From positions 992,001 through 1,056,000 of the forward strand of contig OZ316775.1 of NCBI GenBank assembly GCA_973851085.1: DNA of 64,000 bases, read 5' to 3'. The notes beneath the pieces are model-generated. The model did no database searches, was not told where the DNA came from, and was given only the letters and a program-made list of their open reading frames with translations. Source of the DNA: Ptychomitrium polyphyllum (taxonomy: Eukaryota). Both the position numbers and the translations under genes were made by a program. This document shows positions 55,087 to 64,000 of this stretch, in pieces (the stretch's first letter is position 1; every line of letters starts with the position of its first letter).

Positions 55087-55973
55087 TTCCTAATTTCTGG
55101 GCACACATTGATAAGCACCAAACGGGCCATGCAGCAACAATGAGCGAAGGAAACGAATGTTCGGCAGGCAGCGTTCTGCGCCACTGTTTTCACAAACTAA
55201 ACATAGACACGTGGTAAGGAGGTTTAATTGGAGAGCTTTATAAGCAGACTACTTCCTCTATTCTCTGAGTGCACTGCTATGATATTCGAATTGTGCTCGT
55301 GCATCGGGTTCTCCGTTGCGCACTGCACAATCTGGGGACCCACATTCTCCAGAATTCAAGCTCTAAAAGCTGCTGCAGCAGACTGCCGAGGTTCCTGTCA
55401 GAAGAAACTTTGTTGCGAACTTTCAGTGCGTTGTCGACCTCACAGAGACTGGAATGATTCACACAAGCGTCAGTGCGAAGTGCGGAACTCCACCAGGTTT
55501 TTCAGTGTAAGCTAGGACTTGAATATTGTAAGAGTTTGACTGGAATGATTGACAAGGAAGCTTGCCTCACCTAGCTGCGTGGTAGAATAGTCGGGACATA
55601 TGTTGTTTTGCGGTGTTGCATGGCGGCATGAGGTTGCATTAGTGGGCAAGAATTAACTCGGGTCTTTCGGAAGGCATGTAAGTAAATGCTCTCGCACTTG
55701 AGCATCCAAGTCGAAGGCTTTTGTTCGCTGTGAGTGAGCCCCTAGATGCACTGATACGTCTAGTGTGATGACGGAGTTCGTGGAATACCTCTTTTGAATT
55801 GGCGATGATGTTGAGCGTTGTATGATCTTTTTGCAGCTTCAGGTCCTTGTCTTGGAGGTGCCCTACTCGGCGGCCGTTGAAGCATCAACGTGTCAACTAG
55901 TTTTCTCTTGACTGCAGCTTGGCTTTGAAGTTAGTTTTCAGGATTTGAGTTGTCCTCTTACACGGATTCAACA

Positions 55974-58900
55974 ATGATCATAGCTTTCGTGCGGAAGTCC
56001 CCGATCACTATCTTGCTAGTAAACCTAGGCGTGCTGCTCCTTCTGCTCGCCGCATTTAGCAGGTCGCCCAAAGCGGTGGACGAGAATCAGGTCGGGTACG
56101 GCTACCGCGTCGTCTGCATCAACCAGGTGCTAGATGGCGATGTCATCATCGCTGACCTCGACCTCATCAAGCAGACTGATGTCTATGGCCCTGACATCGA
56201 GCGCCTGCAACTCACAGTAAGGTAAAACTTCAGTATATGAAACACATCCCACTCACATGAAACTTAAACGCAAGACGGACATCCCCTGTTTCGACCGGGT
56301 CGGGATGCAAACCCTACCAAAAGTTGTGATCGTCATGTTCGTATGCTGTGTTCTTGCAGGTATGACAACCAAGATAGGATCCGGGTTCACATCACAGACA
56401 CGAACTCTCCACGATGGGAAGTGCCGGCTGACCTAATTCCCAGGGCGACATCTCAAGAGCTCAATACTCTTCGCAACTCGACGTACTCCTCGGATTCCTC
56501 CAAAGCTGCATGTCGTAAGCTTAAGGCTCCACACTCTCGGCAACCAACCGTCCCTGCGCAGAACACAGCGCATCCGCTTGAATTTTCCTATACGACTGAG
56601 CCGTTCGGGTTTGCCATTACGAGGAGATCAAATGGGGAGGTTCTGTTCAACAGCACGCCAAGCATATCCATGGTCAATGGCAGTGCCACTCCATCGTTCA
56701 ACAATATGGTGTTCAAAGACCAGTATCTCGAACTCTCCACTCAGTTGCCAAATAACTCAGCAATCTACGGTTTGGGTGAGGGCACTCACGCGGTTGGGCT
56801 TCGTCTTGCGAAGGGGCACACGTACACTCTGTGGGCGACCGACATCGGCAGCTACAACTTGGAGATTGACTTGTATGGGAGTTACCCGTTCTACGTCGAT
56901 GTGAGGAAGGGTGGGTTGACGCATGGAGTGCTGCTTGTTAACAGCAATGGCATGGATTGCGTCTACGGCGATGAGTCTCTGTCGTTCAAAATGATCGGCG
57001 GCATCTTGGATCTATATTTCTTTGCAGGGCCGTCACCGAAGGCTTTGATGGACCAGTACACGCAATTCGTGGGACGTCCTGTGCCCATGCCCTATTGGAC
57101 TCTTGGTAAGAGTGCTTAATGAAGCTAAAGTGCTGGCTCTCTTGAAAATATGCAACGAAATCCCCGCTCTCATTAATTTTTGATGAAAACTGATGTAGAC
57201 GATTAACTGAAATGCAGGGTTTCATCAATCTCGCTACGGCTACAAGACGCTGAAAGAGATTGAGACGGTGGTGGCGAAGTACAAAGAAGCGGGTCTGCCT
57301 CTGGAATCGGTGTGGTCCGATATCGACTACATGGATCGCTACATGGATTTCACCATCAATCCTGACACTTACCCGCCAGTAGAGTTACGCAAGTTCGTTG
57401 ACACATTGCACGCCAACGATCAGAAGTTTATAATGATTGTGGATCCAGGTTCGTCATTTCACCTTGGACTCGAGCTAATCGATCGACATCACGTTGTTTG
57501 ATTCTTGACGATCTAGTAGCTGCAATTCTTTATCAACGTGCACTTACCAAGCTAATGCAATGCAGGTATCAAGATTGACGACAGCTACCCTCCGTACGTG
57601 CGCGGAAAGGATCTCGACGTGTTCGTCAGGAACGAGGACGGAGAGCGCTACCTCGGCCAAGTATGGCCAGGCGCGGTCCACTACCCCGACTTCCTCCACC
57701 CGAATGCCAAGCAGTGGTGGGCGAAGGAGATCGCGGACTTCTACAAGGAAATGCCGTTCGATGGGCTGTGGCTGGACATGAACGAGCCGTCAAACTTCTG
57801 CTCGGGACCCAACTGCTACTACCCTCCCGACGTCGTGTGCCCGGAGGCGCTTGACTGGTGTTGCATGGTGTGCGACAACACGAACGTCTCGCGCTGGGAC
57901 AGGCCACCTTACCACATCAAAACACACTGGGGCAAGGAGCTTTACGAGAAGACCATCACCATGACGGCCCGTCACTACGGCGATGTCAAGCACTACGACG
58001 CACACAACATCTATGGATTTGCACAGACGGTGGCCACATTTAAAGCCCTCAAAGAGGTAGCGCTCTCCCTCTTCCTCAAATCCTGAGAAGCCCTCTTTCT
58101 CCCCCTCATTGTTCAATACCATGCATTGAAGTTAGTGCTTGATCAAGCAAATGTGAACGATCATTCTAGAAACAGAGTTGCAGAGGTGCTGGATATGGAT
58201 GTATTGCTGAATTGTGGGATATGGTGGTGCAGATCATGAGGAAACGGCCGTTTGTGATGTCGCGTTCTTTGTATCCCGGCTCGGGCCAGTACTCGGCGCA
58301 TTGGTCAGGCGACAACGGCGCATCATGGAACGATCTGCGTTACTCCATCGCGAGTATCCTGAATTCAGGCCTATTTGGGATCCCCATGGTGGGGGCTGAT
58401 ATCTGCGGATTCTTCCCGTCCACCTGGGAGGAGCTTTGCAACCGATGGATCCAGGTGGGCGCATTCTACCCGTTCGCGCGCGACCACTCAGATGTGCACT
58501 TTGGCCCTCAGGAGCTCTACCTGTGGAAATCCGTGATCCACTCTGCGAAGAAAGTGTTGCCTATGCGGTACAAGCTTCTGCCTTTCATGTACTCGCTTCT
58601 GCACGAGGCGCACGTTACAGGCTCGCCCGTCGCGCGCGCTGTCTTTTACGTGTTCCCGGAAGACGCCGCGACACTCGACGTGAGCGACCAGTTCCTCCTT
58701 GGCGACGCGATCCTTGTTTCCCCTGTTCTCGGTGGTGGGCAAACCTCGGTGACAGCTTACGTCCCGAAGGGCACTTGGTACAACATCTTTGACTGGTCTT
58801 TAATTCGCTCAAACGGGAGCCACTACGTCCTCGACGCGCCGTGGGATTCCATCAACGTGCACATCAGGGCAGGCTCGATCGTGCCAATGCAGGAGTATGC

Positions 58901-59339
58901 CAACACAACGAAGTTGGTCAGGACTAGCCCCATCACCTTGTTGGTCGCATTCAATGGCCACGAAAGAGAATCCGCTTCTGGTGATCTCTTCGTCGACAAC
59001 GACGATGAGATTGACATGGCAGTGAGGCCACAGACTTCAACTTACCTCAGATTCGAGGCGACTCTCTTCCAGACTGGCGGCTTCATTCGTAGCGCAGCGA
59101 CTCACGGCGACTGGGCGGAGCAGCAGGGGTTGTATGTGCAGAAGATCGCCCTTCTGGGAGTGCAGAGCATGCCATCTTCGGTGCGCATCGATGGAGCTGT
59201 AGCACCGGAGAGTGTGAGGTTCGATTTGAACATGACTACTTCGATGTTGGAAATTTCGGGGCTGCATTTGTCGGCAGGGAAAGACTTCGAAGTTGTATGG
59301 GAAACCACCCGCGATGCTGATTCCGTTGCTTCTAGTTGA
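55974..59339 (+). CDS. Glycoside hydrolase family 31 alpha-xylosidase/alpha-glucosidase, secreted; exons 55974-56221, 56360-57105, 57218-57448, 57566-58056, 58233-59339
   Basis: GYGYR, LYGSYPFY, WSDIDYMD, catalytic DGLWLDMNE, HWSGDN, GADICGF and YPFARDH motifs; hydrophobic N-terminus; introns in phase. Confidence 0.96.
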
Positions 59340-59837
59340 CACAGGTTGTGTGTAGAAGTTTATCACTGTAACAATGGCATAGTTTTTTTCAGATATTGAT
59401 CACTCCTTTAGTTTACTTACTCTCTTCCTTGCGTGGAAGTGGGAAGCCAACCTGTGTTTAGGCAATTCACAGCCTACTGATAATTATAGTTTAGGGTTAT
59501 AGGGTTGAGTCGAATATCAGATTCATTGAGAATTTTTTGAATTACTTGTGAGTGTGTTAGTTTGGTGGGCTGAAGCCTGGAGGATTTGTCATGAGTATGT
59601 CATGTTCTCAACATTCAACGGAGAGGTTAGAATAGTAAGCAAACGTGGAAGATGTCATACGTTCTACTGAACATGTAACATGATTCGTGCAGCTGTTTCT
59701 GATCAGTTTCTTGCTTGCCTTTTTGTTTCTTAGAACTAAGCATTTGTTGAAGCACCGCATGTGAACTTCATTTTGAAACAGTTCACAGTTTAATGAGCGG
59801 TATCTTATTCATTATTCAACCCCCTTTGTTTCTTTCT

Positions 59838-59910
59838 CGTATCAGTTATTAAGCTGATAAGGATAAGAACAGGTACTACAAATGATCTTAGCCAAAAGGC
59901 CGAGGAAGTA
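59838..59910 (-). ncRNA. U2: U2 snRNA 5' fragment (3'-truncated variant or pseudogene)
   Basis: Minus strand TACTTCCTCGGCCTTTTGGCTAAGATCATTTGTAGTACCTGTTCTTATCCTTATCAGCTTAATAACTGATACG matches U2 stem I, branch-point element GTAGTA and stem IIa; no Sm site follows. Confidence 0.9.
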
Positions 59911-61106
59911 ACTCAATGCAAGTAGTCAGCCGTCCCAAATTATACCTCAAACCTTTCTTTTTATGCACCATTACTTATGGCGCATTTCCACCCGTGCAAG
60001 ATACCTCCATTTCTTCCAATTCCTTCGCACAGGTCACTCTAGGTAAACAAATCTACTGAGCATCCTTGTCAGTAATTCTATGCACTAGCATTGCATGTAT
60101 CCTATTGAACTGCAGTCCCAGCTACGGCATTTATTATACCGAACTCCAAGAGTTGCTGCTTTCCTTCAGAAGCTCACTCAACTCGTTTATCGTGTCGTTA
60201 CGCATCCTGTGCTCCTTTGAACATACATAATCTTCTATATCGTGTTGAAAATCTGCTTTTTGAAGATATGCACAGCGTGTCTAAAGAGTACTATAATTGC
60301 TAGCTATTGAGGGCAGAAAAAGTACTACTGTCAAAAAATAGCACAGGAACATTGAACTTTGCAAATTGAAGTGTTCACTCGATATAAGAGCTAAGAAATA
60401 AAGCAATAAATTGGGTCAGACATTCATGCGACGAAGAACTTGTTGCCATAATAAATAATCAGATTGAATTGTAATTCTTGAATAATCTCGTGTTTTCACA
60501 TAAGACGTTATTCTGTACAAAGGATATCTGAGCTAGCTCATTGAAGGAGAACACTTTCTCTAAACATTTAGCCTAACTAAACTACTGCACAAGTTGAGAA
60601 GGATTGGTTTGTACACTCTACAACTCGATGAAAACTTGCTATCATGTCATTCGATAAATTCAGCCATTTATCATAGATAATTCGTGGATACGAGGGTTTA
60701 CGAGCAAAACGATAACCATCAGAACAATCTAAGTTAAGTTGAAGCAAGTCTGCATTGAAAATCGCATCAATGTTCAAGTATCTACAGTTCCCCTAACATT
60801 GTTACCATTCTTCTGGCTGTATAAGCATCGGTCAAGCCATTGGGAAACCAAAAGTCAGGGATTGCATATTGTTCTGTCGTTCACCTCTCATATTTGTGTG
60901 CAAAATTGGTGCTGCCGTCGTGAAACTCCCTACCAAGTCAGAATGGATCGATTATTGGTCATGTTGACCTGGGATGCCATACACGATATCAACTGATCAG
61001 TTCCTCTAAACGTAATCGTCTCTGTGGCCCTCCATCATTGCTCTGAACTAAGACGAGCTCATTGAGGACAAAAACTAATTTATGAAAGAGAGACAGTTCT
61101 AAGACA

Positions 61107-63867
61107 TCATTCAAAGATGGGCTGGCCAAGAGGACGTGAATGGCTGTCCTCCAGATGAGCTCTCGACTGAGCGTCAGCAAGCGACAGAGCCATGGCCAGC
61201 ATCATCTGCTCTTCGAAGCTTTTGGGTAGCATTACCTTTCTGTCAGTCGCACATCTATTTATAGTTACATCCGGCGAATTCACGGTTGTAATATTACTCA
61301 ACGCATCGTTTGAATATCCACCATAAGTCGAGGTACTTGCTCCATCCTCAGCTTGTTGAAAGCTCTCATCCTCGCAGCAACTGTCCACTAAAGCATCACT
61401 CTGCTCAGTCTCACTACTTGAACTCACCAAAGAACTCTCGCCTCCAGATTCGATTGCCAGAGTCACTGCCATTGCATGCAGATCACTCTCCCCGGATACT
61501 ACTCCTGATTCGCCATATCTTCCAGAGAAACGATTTTCGGGGACAAAGTTATGATTATCGGCTTCTACGGCCAAGTCTCCTACTTCATCAATTGCCTCAG
61601 GTTCAGACGGAGAAGCTATGTTGTTGCTTTGCTTCAAGGCAGATATGGCTTCTCCTTTGATGGCATGCCGCTCTGCCAATGCAGCAATAGCACTTGCTAG
61701 ACCCCCTGCCATTCTAGCACTCTGGTGAGCATGATCCCTGGCTCCAAATCCAACTAGTTGACGTTTAGCTTCAGAAACCGTTCCTACATCGGCGTCCTCT
61801 TGAAATTCGGTATTCAAATCTGTGAGTTGATTTGGAACCATTCGAGGAGGTTCAGACTCTGTATACTTATGGCGCGTTCCTTGGTCCTGAACACAAATTT
61901 CACATCCAGAATTAGCACAAAATTTGAACAACTCGAGTCCCATCGCCAACGACGATTACACGTTATCACAGCGTTACAGCATATTACACTGTAATAATAT
62001 GTAAGTTTGAATATTCTGGAAACTGAGCTCCTCAGTGAGAAAGATATGCACACCTGAATCGATTGCCAGATAGCCTCCATAACCATAATGTCTTCCAAAT
62101 CGAAGTCGAATTCATCGTCTCTACACAAGCCACCGTCGATGTTAACTGCCGCTTCTAAACACAAGAACAATATGATGGGCAACACATACTGTCACGGTAT
62201 CAAATGTTTACCCTTCAAGGGCATGATCTCAGCAACAATAGTTTATGGACATTTCTGTATTGAAAAGTCACAAAATTAGAAAAACTCCGATTGAATTCAG
62301 TATAATCCTTTAAGCCACACCTGTGCCGAGTATAGCTAGGTGAGGCTGGTCCAGGTTGATGCTGCGACGTTGCAGATTCCAGGCGGCTACGCGGTTGGCT
62401 GCTAGGTGGTAAAGGCGCTATTGCCTGTTGAGGAGCAGGAGTGGGAGGCAAACTTCCTTCACTCCCGTACTCCTCACAAACCCATGATAAGTCCAGATCA
62501 TTACATGAACTGGGTCTGTCGGACGTGCCTGATGTTACAGATTCCTGCTCAATTCACACTACTTTTTAAAATTCACCTTCCAAATGCATCAGGATTCTTG
62601 TGAACAAATATGAACTATAAATAAAGAGTAAACTTCGTTTTCTCCACACGATGACTACGATGTAGTTCGTAACGATCACATGCTTTACGAACTGGTACAG
62701 TTTAAGATCCGAATTTCCAAGAAGACATGTAAAGCATAATCATGCAATAAATTGTGTGATTGTTTAGGCATTATTTTTCTTACTTTTCTTACTTGTGTTT
62801 TGTGCAAGATTATTAGCTTTTTGTACCTCCTGGTCCTTACATACAAACAAGCCATCAGGAAGGGATAGTGCATCCAGCGAAGGATGTCCAAAGGCTTCAG
62901 AGTCAAGTATTCTGGTATGCCGGCAATGATATTCCGGTATCCTGCTTGGCAATGGGAAGCTGCGAGACAATGGGGAGTGATTATTTCCCCACGTCGATCG
63001 CCACCTTCCCACAAAAGGTTCAATTCGGTTTTCTTTCAATACCCCTGATTGTGGGGTAATCACGTCCAACATATCGTAAACTCTTCTTTTATGAAACGTC
63101 AATAAGCACTTGGAACAATTGGGTTCACAATGAGGACCACAGGTTCTGAAGCTCGAAGGTCCAGCAGTAAGGCTTGGTCCACAAGGCTTACGCAGCCAAA
63201 GCTGATTAGAGCAATAACTGGGTTCATATAGATTTTGTTTCCATTTTTTAATGACGGGTGTGAGCTTCACCTGTTGGGCGTAACTGGATCGGGATTCGGG
63301 AAGTTCTACCAAACGGCTTGTCTCATGTTCATCAACGAGAGTCGTAGGCGTTGTACGACCTTCTTCCTTTCGATGTTCCCTCTCTTCATCATCCAAAATC
63401 TCTTGTTTACGCATACGTATCTTGGCCTCAATAAACTTTTGCTCTTCCTGCAAAAAGGACAGTAATTTAAAATTACACAGTGATCCCTCAGTTTGTGAGT
63501 AACTCATTTTAGGCACAGCTCATTTGAGTGCATTAAAATATTGAACTTCGGTCTCTATAAGCACAGATTTTTACAATAAATCCTCGCTAAAGCAAATTTG
63601 TAAAGGAATAACGACTGAAAAAACTCACAGCAGCTTCAATGCCCTTCTCTTCCAGTGACTTGCTACCTCGGTACTCGACTGCATAATTGTGAGATTTGCA
63701 GAAGGGGCACCTAAAAGCATCCAAATAAAAAAAAAATCAAGAACTGAAGAACCAATACTTTCAGAAAATAAAGCAGAACGTTCTGTCTATAAATTTAACA
63801 GGCATTCAGCAGATTACTCACTGTGTTGCTCGAGCTGCACGTGGAGACTTCATCTGCAGAAAACATT
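61107..63867 (-). CDS. DA2: DA2/GW2-type RING E3 ubiquitin ligase, 3' part (5' exons lie beyond the window; middle exons uncertain)
   Basis: ECFLQMK (63867-63822), [15 protein letters not shown] (63710-63629), [29 protein letters not shown] and [15 protein letters not shown] motifs. Confidence 0.9.
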
Positions 63868-64000
63868 CTGGGAAACACGTCATAACAAGTTAGGGCTAAA
63901 TTGAAAGCAGTAAAAGGATTATACCGTAAGCAGACATGGGCAAAACGGAGCCCACAAGACTCTAAATTAAACAAAGAAGATGCCATTTAACTGAGTACAT

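Noticed and set aside
44093..59339. Cell-wall gene cluster (PME and GH31 divergently arranged)
   Set aside because: The genes are 10 kb apart with TE debris between them and both families are large; there is no evidence of co-regulation.

Overview
Eukaryotic, intron-rich plant nuclear DNA; gene content, intron style and the retroelement family suggest a moss (inference, not confirmed). Reconstructed spliced genes: a DUF688 protein (-), a plastid DUF455 ferritin-like protein (+), ferredoxin-thioredoxin reductase catalytic subunit (+), an A1 aspartic protease (-), a Jagunal-like ER protein (+), a pectin methylesterase (-), a GH31 alpha-xylosidase/glucosidase (+) and the 3' part of a DA2/GW2-type RING E3 ligase (-). 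Also present are a VDAC pseudogene, a decayed Ty3/gypsy chromovirus (28854-36105) carrying two nested solo LTRs with perfect target-site duplications, another old solo LTR, a ~270-bp-arm inverted repeat, an 8-bp satellite and a 3'-truncated U2 snRNA copy. The most notable signal is in the chromovirus. Its primer-binding site is not a recognisable tRNA site and is instead complementary to a 12-mer located 30 nt after the TATA box in all four LTR copies, as expected for Tf1-type self-priming. That 12-mer also sits in a U3/R palindrome that could mask the 3' copy. All exon boundaries were read by eye and no database search was run.
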